This document shows positions 1 through 12,261 of a DNA stretch of 64,000 nt, one piece after another. The notes beneath the pieces are model-generated. The model was not told the origin of the DNA. It saw only the letters and a program-made list of their open reading frames with translations, and searched no databases. The DNA is taken from NCBI GenBank assembly GCA_907165135.1, contig OU015569.1, positions 6,572,001-6,636,000 of the forward strand. The letters are read 5' to 3'. Positions within the stretch are counted from its first letter, which is position 1, and each line of letters begins with the position of its first letter. Source of the stretch: Oikopleura dioica. Its lineage: Eukaryota; Animalia; Chordata. Made by a program: the position numbers and the translations under genes.

Positions 1-1462
1 GGTTTAGCCACAAACATTTACATCTAATGAAAACAATTATGTTCAATCGACAGGTTTATCTATCAACCTTTAAGTCTCATCACACGCAGCAAAATTCCGA
101 AGACCAATGGTACAATCCGATGCTAGAATGCAAACAAGGGTTGGCATTCAACGGAGATACAGCTCCCACTCCACAAGTAAAATTTCACTGCCCAATACCG
201 GGACTGTTATTTCTGTTTTAGGGGAAAATGAGATACATGGCTACCCCTAGCTATCCCTCAAGAACTCTGGGTGTATTCAAATGCAAGTGGACAATTCAGA
301 GGTAAAGAATAGAACTTGTCGTTTCTTGTGAATAACAATTTGCTAGGGGCGAAGGTCCTCTAATAAAGCTCATTTTCAACTCAATCGACTTCGAGTGCAA
401 CGGGCTCAACCCAAAAGTCAAATCATGGGGAACGGCGAATCACGTGCAAATTACCGACAAAGGGAACGTAAAGACAATTTATTGCGGCAAAAAACAAGAG
501 GAATCATATTACACCAACTCTGACGAAATCGATGTTGAGATTCAGGTACAAACACGACCCTTTCAAAGAATATTAACTTGGAACTCGAAGGTCAATACTG
601 CTGGATTCGGCAAGCGAGGATCAAGAGTCCAAATAATCTACCAAACTGTAAAAGCCAAAGGACGCCCCATTATCCGTCAACCAAATCAGCAATCCGTAAA
701 GGCAAAAACTACACCGGCAGGAACGTCTCATAAATCTCGCTGCATTATTTTTTCAAATATATCTTTCGTCTTGTATTTTTTGTGAGACCGAATAGGACCG
801 ATCGGAGGTTTTACGCTAGCTCCCGCCCCAACGTTACCTCCGGTCATGGCTAGCAGTAACAACGTCGCTTCACGAAAACCGCTAGTCAATCAAAACTCGG
901 GAACCTGGAATCGTGCCGCAATCGTCCCCTCTACTAATCAAATTCATCCGAATCAACAGCCAAATCAACCACCGGGGAGTGTTCACTTCATTCCCAAAAA
1001 CCATAACAACGGTGCTTTTTACCCGCAGCTAAATACCAACCAATACATCAACTATGCGGATTATCATACAACAACCCCGCTTCCGGGCGGCAACGCGAAA
1101 GGATCGGTTCAAAAAATTATAAAAATGAAGATGAATAACCACTTTCTAATTTGATTCTCTTAAAATTCAGGGCATGTATTGAACTAAAAATAGTTGCCGC
1201 TACTTCAACTGAAGCATCCGAAATAACGAAAGGAGGTTTGGGTATCGCCATCGGTGGAATAATCGTACTGCTGGTGATAGGAGCAGTCTTGTTGGCAATT
1301 CGAAAAGTAAAACAGAAGGTTGAGGAATGGCGAAGACCAAAAGAACACTCGCCTGTGGGCACTGTGCCTAACGTAGTCACTTTTGTCAACGAGCTCGTCG
1401 ATGAGAGCAATAAAAAGACGGTCTCTCAAGAACCACTTCGCAGTAAAACTTCTGAGCAATGA
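1..1462 (+). CDS. CUB-domain type I membrane protein, 5' partial, spliced
   Basis: Joined exons give ATPSYPSR..CKWTIQ..LIKLIFNSIDFEC..QITD..TIYCG (CUB pattern), a P/Q/N-rich stalk, a hydrophobic segment GLGIAIGGIIVLLVIGAVLLAI followed by RKVK, and a stop at 1462. Confidence 0.7.
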
Positions 1463-1729
1463 ATCTCTTCAATATTGAGCTGTACATTTAACGAACAAAT
1501 TTCGCAAAAAGCTGATAAATTTGTAACTGTATAATAAATAACTGAATAAAATTCAAACTAAAACAAGAAGGAATTTTCGTTCATCGCATAAGAAATTCGT
1601 ACGATTCTTACTATTTGGACTTAGTTTATTCAGTACAGTGGAATTGGCAGTGTAACTGATTTTACATTGGCTTTCGTCAGATAAATTTGAACTTCATGAA
1701 AAGATTTCTAATTCAGATTTGAATGATAT

Positions 1730-2800
1730 TCAGAACTTTTTTGCTTTTTTTGCTGGTTTTTCGCTCTCTCCGTTGTTATCTGTTAATTTCGGAAGAGTAT
1801 CACGGTTGGGGCGATCGTTTAATTCAAGATTTTTTGCTGTCAACTCTTCCCCGACCTCACTTTCGTCGAGCTCGTAGTCGGACTCGCTATTCGGACTCAA
1901 ATCGTGCTGGCTATAATTTTGCTTGAGCGTTTTTTTCAAGTCGAAGACAAAATACTGAAGCAACGTTAGCTTTTAATCGTATTGGTGCTCCTACATTAAC
2001 TGGGTTACTCCAGATTTCGTCTCTGAGAATACCAGCTATCTCGTCGTTTTCTTCCTCTGTATAAGTACTAGTTCGAAATAATTCTTAATATTCAGTTTTA
2101 TATCTCTTACGTGAGCCAGCCGAAGAAGTAATCGTCATATTCACCTTCATCTTCGATTTCAGGAGATACATTTTTGTCTTTTCTTTTCAGAATATTCATC
2201 CCCTTCAAAGCGTTATTACTAAAGAATTTATTCATAAAAACAACTTACCGGCTTCCAGGTGATCGTGACAGGATAATTCCGAAGTTTATTCCGTTCTTTA
2301 TCCCAAAGTGTTCTCTTTTCCATCACTTTTTCTTCGAAGTATGGATTGTCTTCCCACAAAAGTTTTATTGTGAACCCTTTAGTTTGGTCCATTTCCTCCA
2401 TAATTTCGATTTCAGACAAATAGGAAAGCACCTTTTCGGCTGAAGTTCAGGTAACAAGTGATCTAACCATTGCCATACTTTTGTGAGTAAAATATGAAAA
2501 TAGTCTGGGATGGTTGACCATGGTGTCTGGCCAGAAACTCATGCCAGTCTCTTGATCATACTCTCGGATGGCTTCTGTGCGCTGGGCATAAAGGGGCTGC
2601 CGTAGTTTGTTGTATTTTGAATCGATTTCGACTATTTTTTCACTTAAAATGTGCCCTAGAAATGCAGCTGCTTCAAAAACCTACCTTGCTTGTGCATCTA
2701 TGCCCTTAATTTCCTCACAAATCCTCACTAAGTTGTCAAATGCAACGACAGTGGGGAAGTCGTCATTTTTAGCGCGCTTTGCAGGCGGCTCGCCGCTCAT
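1730..2800 (-). CDS. SET: SET/TSPY-like nucleosome assembly protein (NAP family), spliced
   Basis: KYNKLRQPLYAQR..FWPDTMVNHP..VLSYLSEIEI..EDNPYFEEK..ITWK..FFGWL..LRDEIWSNP..LQYF matches SET motifs recalled from memory; acidic/basic C-tail. Confidence 0.85.
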
Positions 2801-2956
2801 ATCTATGCCTCTCTTCTTAGTTATCATCAAAAATTACAAAAACAACAATTCGGGTAAGTAAATTATAAAAATATATATTGAAATGATATCAAAAGTAAAC
2901 TCTCTATACGGGCATTTGCAGGGAATTATAGAAACAGTGCACAGTCGGTGAAATCA

Positions 2957-4126
2957 TTACTTCTTTGCCTGGACAATTCCTTCGAGTTTCTGCTTCAGCT
3001 GTTGGTTGTTTCGCTAGCGACGTGTTAATATCACATATTTGTATCAGAATATTACCTTAAGGAACTGGACTTCCTCCGCTTGTTTTTTCTTGAGTGCCTC
3101 TCGCTCGGCCTCCTCCTTCCGCTGGACAGCCTCGATTTTAGCTACGAAAAGATTCCTGAAAATGCGTAGGTGATTGAAAATACCTTTAAGATCGGCGGAT
3201 TCTTTCTCGAGTTGCGCAAGCTCGCCCTGCAAACTGCTCACCAAGTTGCTCGTCTCGATCTCGCTCTTTTTCGCGTAAAGAGCCTGAAATAGGCGTTAGA
3301 CATTCAGAACTGAATGAGTTTCTGTCACCTTTCTGCAGCCAAAACCGATGGATGATTCGTAAATGGTTTGATATGCTTGGAGAGTCATGTTGATTTCGTC
3401 CCGAACTCGAAGAAGAAGAAGACCTCGCTCGGCACAGTTGATTGTTACCTGAACAAATAACTGAAAATGAAAGGAGATCGATAATTACCTGTCTGATAAT
3501 CTCGTCAAATGCTTGTTTATAGAGTTCTCGGCGAATTGGGCAGATTCCAGTTTCTCGGGCCTCTCGAAGCTCAAGTTTTCTGTCCAATTGCTTGAAAATA
3601 TTAGCTGCTGATCAAATATGAAAGTCTTACTTCTGCAAGTCGCTGAACGTCGAGTCTGGTAGCAGGCGTTGAAGAGACCTTCTGGAGCCACTTTTGCCCG
3701 TCTTTCTCAAAAACAACAGGTGGCAAGATCTTAGGAAGAATATCCTCTGGTTTTTGCTGATCGATGGGGTCGACACGGCCCCATGGCTGCAGATTCTTCA
3801 AGGGAACGGGCTTGGCGCGCTGGTCATGCTTTGGTGGGAGAGGCTAAACCATCAAGATATACTTATATCACAATAATTTCAATGCTCAGACTTTGCGTTA
3901 AGAAAAGCTGCAATAATAACTTGGCGGTAATAAAGTAATAGGGCCCAGAGTTCGGAATTTCAAGAGAATCGGAAAGAAAGCAAGTTACAGATGGACCCTT
4001 TAATATTTTCCAGTGAATTACCTTGAGGAGCTCGTCTAAGTTGATATCGGTGGTTTTGGAGATGAGGATGGGCGAGTCATATTTCAACAGAGAACTTTGT
4101 GGCGTAATCATTTTGGTCTGCGCCAT
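2957..4126 (-). CDS. DNALI1: Axonemal dynein light intermediate chain p28
   Basis: SLLKYDSPILIS; ILPP..WLQKVSSTPATRLDV; ARETGICPIRRELY; VTINCAERGLLLLRVRDEI; EEVQFLK..NQQLKQKLEGI. The start could be 4111. Confidence 0.93.
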
Positions 4127-4538
4127 AAACTGTCTTAATATAAAAATCCCTACTAACTGATCACCATTAAGGAACAATTTAAGCATCAACATTTGTTCTA
4201 GAAAATCATGATTCGCGAAAATCAACTTTCGAAGAAAATGATTAGTGTCAAAAGAGTCAACGCTGGTGAAGTTCCGGAACGAGTTCGGAGAAGGGTGTTT
4301 GCATTTTCAATGAGTTTATTTAGAATTGAATTGGAACATATTTGAAGTCATAAGGAACTGGTAGGTACGAAAAAGGAAGAAATAACCCACTACAAAGTTA
4401 AAAATGTAACCCTTCAAATTGGCAGTTTTTGACCTCTTTGAATAGCTCAAAATACACACACACCAGAATCAAAACACTCCTAATCAACTTTCATACGAAT
4501 GCAACCAAAGAAGCGATAGGGCTTGAAAACAGTAGAGA

Positions 4539-6889
4539 TTATATCGTATAGGTTTTTAAGCGACTCAGAGCTGGAGTAAACGACTTGATAGGATAAGTTT
4601 GATGAATACGTCCAGATATTCTTATTTCGTCGTCGCGGAAAACTGCTCTCTGCTCGCTTCGGATGACTTCTGGGCATTTGATAAAGGCGAAGTTTATTTT
4701 CTTTCATCGAGTCCACATTTTCGGGCAAAAAAATAGCGCAAATAAAATTCCTAGAAACCAAAAACTAGATGCGACTAATCTAAGAGTGGACCCTTCCCGG
4801 AGACTGGCTCTCGCTAGGACAGACTTCAGGAATGCGCTCGTCGTTTATGAAAATGGCTTCTACTCGGACAGTTTGGCGCACGTTGCCGACGTGCGCGGTC
4901 ATCAGTTGACCGACTCGAATGTTCCGAAGCTTCGGTTTCTTTGAGATTGAGAAGATGGCGCACTCTGCGACGAAGTGAAGAGAAACTTCGGGCACATTAT
5001 GAACAAGATGTAGGCCCTTGCGGAGAACGAGTTTTTCTTTGCAACGCAGTTTAACAGTGGCGAGGTGTCCAGCACCAAGCCGTTGCTTCGTCACATTGTT
5101 TTGTTTGATCGAGAGCACAGAGCAAGAATGGAAACGACCTCGATCATCTGGACCGATCTTAAGTTCGTCGCCTTTCAAAATGATTCCCGATTGAAGTCGC
5201 CCTTCAACAACGAAGTAATCAGTTTCATTATTGTGGAAGTCTTCGTGCTGGTAGTAACGCGACACGAGGAATTCGCAATCTTTGCCGCATTGATAGTCTT
5301 CTGCTCTAGTTGGAAGGAGGTAGATGAATTTTCGAAGAAGCTAAAAAATGAAAAGGTGTTATTCAAGCAGTTGAAGAACCTCGAGGCCTGCACCAGTGAC
5401 AGACGAGGTAGTGAAAATGGGCACTAGTTTTGTGTTTTCAGAGATAGCGTTCGCCAAATTTGACGATTTTGAGGTGGAGTCGGCGAGAACGGGCACATAA
5501 TTGAATGGTAGCTCGGATAAAAATTCTTCGATTTTTGAGATTTGTGCTGAAAATTAAATGCGTTAATTTTAAACTGTGCCTATAAAGTCACTACCTGAAA
5601 CCCCTTCAGGTGCCACAAGGTCGATTTTTGTGACAACAACTATCACCGGTAAGGCAAGGGCGTAAGCTGCGTAAAGTTGCTCAGCTGTTGTTCCCTGAAT
5701 GACTATGATTATATTTCAACGGATTCTGGAGCAGTCTCTAAGTTCCAAAAGCAAACAGAAACGAGAGGCGCAGTTTCCATCAATAAGTCCGCGCAGGCAA
5801 ACAATGGAACGAGACAAGGAACAAAACGTTATTGTCGACATAAATGTTTCTGATTGATAGAAAACTTACCTGGATGCCTTTGTTGGCGGAAACTATGAGA
5901 ATCACGTAGCCGGGCTTACTAGAGGTTAGCCCGTAAAGCGTCGTCTTCATATATTTCGAGTCGCCCGCCAGGTCCCATATTTCGAAGTTTTTAGCTGCAG
6001 ATGACTGATCTTCGGTGATGTTTCCGTTTTGGTCAAACATTAGCAAGTCAATGGATATGGAACTAGTCCGCCCACTTTCCATCTCATGTGGATGCCGGAA
6101 CATCTTGAAAGATAATCTAATGCTTCAGTTTTTTAAGAGAGCAAACCTGAAGCCGGCTACGGCCACGTCCGTTGTCAAGCTCGTCGTTTACGAGAACGCC
6201 AACCAAAGTACTCTTGCCAGCGTCTACGTTCCCTAGAACAGCAATTCGCTTTTGAGTTGTTAGACATTATAGAAACAAAAATAAGCACCTGGTCCATGTT
6301 CGTCGAGTCTTCATTCGTTTGTCGAACTAGAAGTTCCATCACAAACTTGTCTTTTGAAATTTCACGCTTTCGGATGACAGTAGTTTCTGCTGAAAGCTGC
6401 TTAGCCATAGAATTGAGAGTCTGAGCGACGATATCAAATAGTTTTACAAGAAATACAATGAAGAGACGGTTATTTATCGAAAAGGTGATACCGCTCCTTT
6501 AAGGTCTCGTTAAGTTGATTCTTTCCCAAGCCGAAGAAAGAGCCGTCATCGTTTACACCAATAATGTATCTCATTTTAGATGTTGACCTGGTAGAAAGCT
6601 ACAGCTTCAGCAAGGTTCAGTATCATTCCTGCATTCGCCATTGCCTTCAGTAAGCCGAAATTGCATTTGCGTTGCCAAATGAGTCAGTCTTTCGGGCTTT
6701 ACTGATGTTAACTGGCGTTTGTATTCGACGGGGCCGTAGTATTCTTCGGGAGGCAAAGAGGAAACGTTCTAAAAATTAGTCAGTCCACGTTAAAAAAACG
6801 CTGGTTACTTCTCCAAGCTCACAGTGCTCATCGCCAGGCTTCGGCGAGCTGTCTGTGTTTGTCCCAAACAAGCCCAATATGTCAACCAT
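4539..6889 (-). CDS. GTPBP2: GTP-binding protein 2 (translational GTPase family), spliced
   Basis: [24 protein letters not shown]; P-loop GNVDAGKST; DNGRGR; [12 protein letters not shown]; DLAG; VTKID; C-terminal beta-barrel domains ending [11 protein letters not shown]. Confidence 0.9.
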
Positions 6890-6981
6890 TTAGATCCTCT
6901 TTCATAAAAATCCGCTACGATATCTAAATTGAGATCAAAAATTAACACAGGATGTTAAAACCGAAATGTACAGTAGCGTGG

Positions 6982-9760
6982 TTACAGTTTCGGGAAAAGA
7001 TTGAATTTTTTCTTTGAAAAGGCTTTCGTTTCTCCTTCTTGATTCGCCAGGGAACCCAATAATGCCTTTGTCTTTCGCTTTCTTTGATCGTCGAGGGCCT
7101 TCTGCTTTCGAAGCTTTTGCTCCGCAAGGTATCTGCTGTCGTCTTTCAATTTCTTCAGTGTCGATTTCTTTTCCTCTGAAAAGGGTGTTAGCGCGCTTTC
7201 AACCCAATAAACATACTCTTTAGCTGATCTGCCAGTCTCTTCACAGATTTCGCCTTTCGTGAGACAGACGCGCGAGCATCTCCGTCAAAGTCGATCTTTG
7301 GATCGTACATTTTTATTCCTAAAATTCAGACAGGTCAATTATCAGCGAGATATACCAGTATTTACCGGTTACTTTCTTCTTTTTACATAAATAAGTTTTT
7401 GTAGTCTTGCAGGCATTTTCGATTGCCTCGTTGACTTCGTTCTAAAATATGCTTCTTTCTTAGCATGTCAATTATTCGACGAACCTTTTCTTCGTCGTCC
7501 AAAGGCAATTCCTCCACGAGTTGTTTAAATGGGCTGAAGATCTCCTGGCTGGAGACAACCTTTCGAATAGAAGCAGCCCTTGTTACTAATCTGACGGCAG
7601 TTTTTATGATTGAAGTGTGTGTCGGAGTCGAAACATCAAGAACTTTCGATTCGTCTTCTGAAGACATTCGATTTAACTCGATCTACATGGACTAGTCTTT
7701 TACCCTCTGCGATGGAAAATTTCAAGTTAGACAAACGAAAGCTGGGGAGGATACGCTTGCTTCTCTCGTCAGAGAACAGCGTCAGATTCAAAACAGACTC
7801 GAGATAGATCACCACTTCCGGAATGAAACGGTTACTCAGCCTAATTGATTTCAAAAGCAATCCGCAAAGATATAATCCAAGGGCAATATCATTGATGTTT
7901 CTTGTTCATGGTTTAGAATAGTTCGACTTCATTAATTTAGACCTTAAATTAATAGACCATTTCCTTGCTCTGATTTTGCTCAGCATTCTTATCGCGACCA
8001 TTTGAAGAGGGAGGGTTATGGGGTGGGAAAAGTCGGAAACACTGTAGAGAGTGAAAGCTAGCCGGAGGAGACGGACAAACTCAATCGAGACAGGCTTATC
8101 GGCAAATTCTCGGACAATCTGGAGTACGCTTCCACCGCAGGCCTTGCACTTCTCGGAAATATCAAATAAAATGGGCATCACAGATTCTCCATTTTCGTCA
8201 AACACTTCCTTCTTCATTATTCTAAGCACAGTGTATTGGAAAAGCGACAACAAACGAGCCTGTCGTTCAGCTTCATTTCCAGATATCGTCGATGCTGCTA
8301 GCTGTTTCAGAAGTTTGATGCGTCCCGCGTTGTTGTACGTCATTAAATTCTTCCGGAAATTTTTGTCTGAGGAGAGCATTTCCGTTGACTTGTCAATCGC
8401 GTCAAGAAGGGTCGGTAGTTTCTCCTTCTCCGATTCCTCCTTTTCTTCGGCGATTTCGTCAATATTTACTTTAGTCTGCTCCGCTTGTTCTTCATTCTCA
8501 CTCTCTTCTTCTTGTTCATCATCTTCCTCATCCATATTTTCGTCGCCGCTTTCTTCCCCACTTTCTTCAAATTCCTCCTCGTCGTCTTCTTCGTCCATTT
8601 CTTCATCTGATTCCGTCTTTCGAATGTTTCTTTCGCGAGGATATATTATATATCATATATATTTTATGAAATCCTAAATTTTTTAAAAGTCAAATCCTCT
8701 CCTGAGCGCTTCCGAGAGTTCCTCTCTATGATTAATGAGCTCGCCCGTCTCCATTGAATACGCGATAGGCTCAACTTCTTTCCGCTCTTCCGTCTTCTGG
8801 TGAATCGTTTCTACACTTTCGAAGTTATTCTCGATGAGTGTGTCTTCTTCGTCGTCTTCCATTCGCGCCTTTGCCGCGGTAATACGTTCCAATCGTTCTT
8901 TATTCGCCGCTTCGAGAACCTCCGCTTGCGACTTCGCCCTTTGACCAGGCTGTATTTTTCCTTCGAAGGTCATCTCCCTCATCAACCGCTGGAATGAGTC
9001 TTTTCCCAACTCTTTCTTGTCTTCGTATTTATCATCGTTCGTCCGCGTCATTTTACTCGTCAATTTGAGGATGCTCGAATAGCTTGAGTCCAATTTCTCA
9101 AAGTCGTTTTGCTGCGCTTCTTTCTGCTGCTGTCTTTCGAACTTGTGCTTTTTGGATTTTGCGATAACGTCGAGCATGATCTCTTTGTGATCCCTTTTCT
9201 TGTCGAATACGCCGCCCCCAAATAGCGCTTCCGTCTGCTGTTCCGTCAAGTTTCCAGCGTCGGCTGGATCTTCGTCGTCGGATTGGATCGGACTCTCCAT
9301 CCGCTCCATGTCCGTAATGCTTTTTCCCCGATGAGTCAGCATAACGTCCTGCTCGAGATCATTACCACTGTGGAATAAGTCCGATTTCACTCGTCTTTTG
9401 CTTCTTTTGCGAATTTCTCCACCTCCAATGCTTCTTCTGACATATTTTGTCTAAAGTAAATAACGCGCATGACTACAATGAATCGCCAGTATGGGCTTAC
9501 TTGGCACTGAGACGAGCATCAACGAAGTTATTCCGCTTCAGTCGATTTCTAAATTCTTTGCCGAGAGTATCATCCCGCATCTTTTTTGCTTTGGATCTAC
9601 TCTGGTTCGGCGCAGACTTCTGAAACCTTCGCACCTTAGTATTCAGCGTGTCATTTTTTGTCTTGATCACTTTGACCTCGAACGGGTTCGACTTTTTGGG
9701 CTTTGCTGCTGAGTTGAACCCTGTAGTGGTCTTTTTTCCTTTCGATTTCGACTTCGCCAT
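6982..9760 (-). CDS. NOP14: Nucleolar protein 14 (SSU processome), spliced
   Basis: N-terminal SNPFEVKV..TLGKEF..FVDAR; KEIMLDVIAKSKKHKFERQ; acidic middle; C-terminal KRKTKALLGSLANQEGE. Confidence 0.92.
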
Positions 9761-10350
9761 TTTTTCTTAATTATTCCTGTAAGTTGCGTCTACGCCTGCA
9801 CTTCCAATAAAAACAAAGGAAACTTTTAAATGTGAGGTTTATTATTAATAGACAAACAATTGGTCTTGCATCATTTCTAGAGGGGCAGTCAGGATTCATC
9901 AAAAGGGAGCCTCGCAAATATCATGAAGCAAAATGATTTTGAAAAGGAACAAGTGTTCGCATTACAGTATTGGAAAAACTCGAGCTTTCCAAAATCAGGT
10001 CTCTACTTCATAAGTATTATGTCGAAAGGCTCAAGCAAAAGCAAATATGATCAGTCAGGAAAAAGCGGGGGATGTTAACGAAGTAGTGAAGTGAACAACG
10101 AGATAGTTGAAGCGCAAGAATAGGTTTGAAGAGATTCGCCACTCGCGAATCTGGAATACTAAAAACTAGGCACTTAAATTTTTTGCGGGTAATAATATTT
10201 CTATTGGGGAGGGTTAGGGTTTATTATCAATTATTGCAGCTGGCAATGGTGCAATAATTGATTCTCTATCCATTATGAAGGGCATCTGTATCTCAGAGTT
10301 TAGGGATGTACGTTATTACTTTTTTTTATAACTGATGATAGAACTCTTTC

Positions 10351-11333
10351 CTAATAGGGACGATATCCAAAGCCCCATCGTTTTCCGCGCTTGCCGCTGG
10401 TGGATCCTTTGAAGAAGTAAGTATTTCCGCGCCGCGCGCCACCGACATTGGGCGCTCGTGTTCCACGGTTAAAGCCACGGTTTCCTTCATTGGGTTTGCG
10501 TGACTTGAATCTCTTCGGGTATCGCGAGTTCAGAGGCGTGTAATTTGGATTTCCAACAAGATCGGGTTGGAGTCCTTTCTTTCGATACTCAAAGTTTTCT
10601 GGAGGATCATCTCCGGGTTGTGCATTTTTGCCAAGGCCATTCTTGTCCGTTTTGAGGAAAAGATGTCCATCTGCTGTCATCCAGCTACCAATACATTCGT
10701 GTCCGTTCTGAAAAATAATATCATCATGATTTTGACGATTTTGCTGCATACCTGAGTATCAAAGCTGAAATAGTGCCGATACTTCAGCCCAAGAAAATCT
10801 GTTCTGTTGGTTCCTTGGTTGTAAAAGCCAACGATCGGACTTTCATCAGCCATTTCTGCCACATCATTGAGATCTTTCTCTTCGTCAAAATGATCTTGGC
10901 GTCCGGGGAAGCACCGATCGTGATAGTACTCATCAACTTCCAGCAAGTATTTCTCGCGGTGAGCATATCTTTATAAAGGCTATCTAAAGGTGATATAAAA
11001 AGAGAGAAGACTTTTTAATTGTGAAAAAGTAATAGAGAGTCCGTTCCTTTCGCCTTCATACTTGGCGCGATGAGCATATTCGGGGCGGTGGTTATTATTG
11101 TTCCGATCTCTAAAATTTAGCGTCATTGTTGAAAATATTCTTTGGTCATACCGTCGTGGATAGTTCTCCTCGTTCCGCTCAGCTCGGAATGGCGTAGATC
11201 GAGCAGAAGAGTAGGCTGGTCCTTCTTCTATGCCGGAATCACTGTGTTGCGCCAGCACATTGACGCCTCTTCGCGGCATCGTCGGCGGATTGTTGCCAGC
11301 AGGCTGCTCGTCATCGACAAAGACGATTCGCAT
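10351..11333 (-). CDS. Hypothetical ~280 aa protein with RG/aromatic-rich C-terminus
   Basis: Three ORF segments join in frame via a GA-AG intron and a GT-AG intron (CAG|GTATGC..TTTCAG); AG acceptor upstream of the ATG; no family recognised. Confidence 0.6.
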
Positions 11334-12261
11334 TCTTAATAGGAATCTCTGTTAGAAATGAAGCTCTGGCTGGCGAAGGACGGGCATAAGAATGGCTGGT
11401 ATGGGCGCACAGGTCCGTTTTTATCTCCAATACGAATGTTCTTGAATTCGCGCGACCAACAAATAACAGTCAAGATCATTAGTAAGAATGGATCATCCAG
11501 CAATCATCTCAAATACTGTCATAAGCGCGCAAATTTACTCTTCAGGAAAGCTGCTCTAACTCTGAGTGCAAAAAATGAGGATTTGGCGTTTGACCAATGA
11601 GCGTCAGCGCGCTCGAAGCAGCGCGAGAATTTCTTTTCGTTCTTACGATGAGAAATTAGAGAAATCAAATCAAGATTACCCGCAGGATCGTGCTTAAATT
11701 TTATCTAAAAGAGGTTTATTTTTTCCAATTGCTAGTTTATTTGCTTAATTCATCCACAATTTAACGTTTAAGTTTCCATAGTTTCAAAAACTCTGAAAAT
11801 AAGAAAAGTCAGTCAAGAAATTCTCTCATAATTTGCGGTCCTTCGTAGGAAATACGATATTTTCTTCCCAACAAGCCTTTATTTGCAGATTGATCAGATA
11901 TGAATGCAAACAATAAGTGCATTTTTCCGTCTACAGCAAAACTCAGCGTTAATAGATTTCCCATTCATAGATTCATACTCAATTTCTCCTTTTTTTTTCA
12001 AAAGCAAAAGTCCGAGTTTTTCTCCAATGATCAATATTTGTGCAGTGAGAGAATATTGATTGCACCTTTCTGGTTGAATACTGTCTCGATTCTCGATCGC
12101 AATTCTCCATTTTTTCAATTGAAATTCGTTCAATTGGGATTGTACTAAATGTACTGGGTTACGATTGAGGAAATAGTTAATCGAGCAAATTTATGAAGCA
12201 CGGGGAAAGAGAGCAGCTGCAATTTCTGTCGAGCAGCTTTTTCGACAGAAGCGCGACGACG

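Noticed and set aside
8051-8677. 208-aa Ser-rich + strand ORF opposite NOP14 (similar short ORFs occur opposite TRIP11)
   Set aside because: Reverse complement of Glu/Asp-rich coding sequence.
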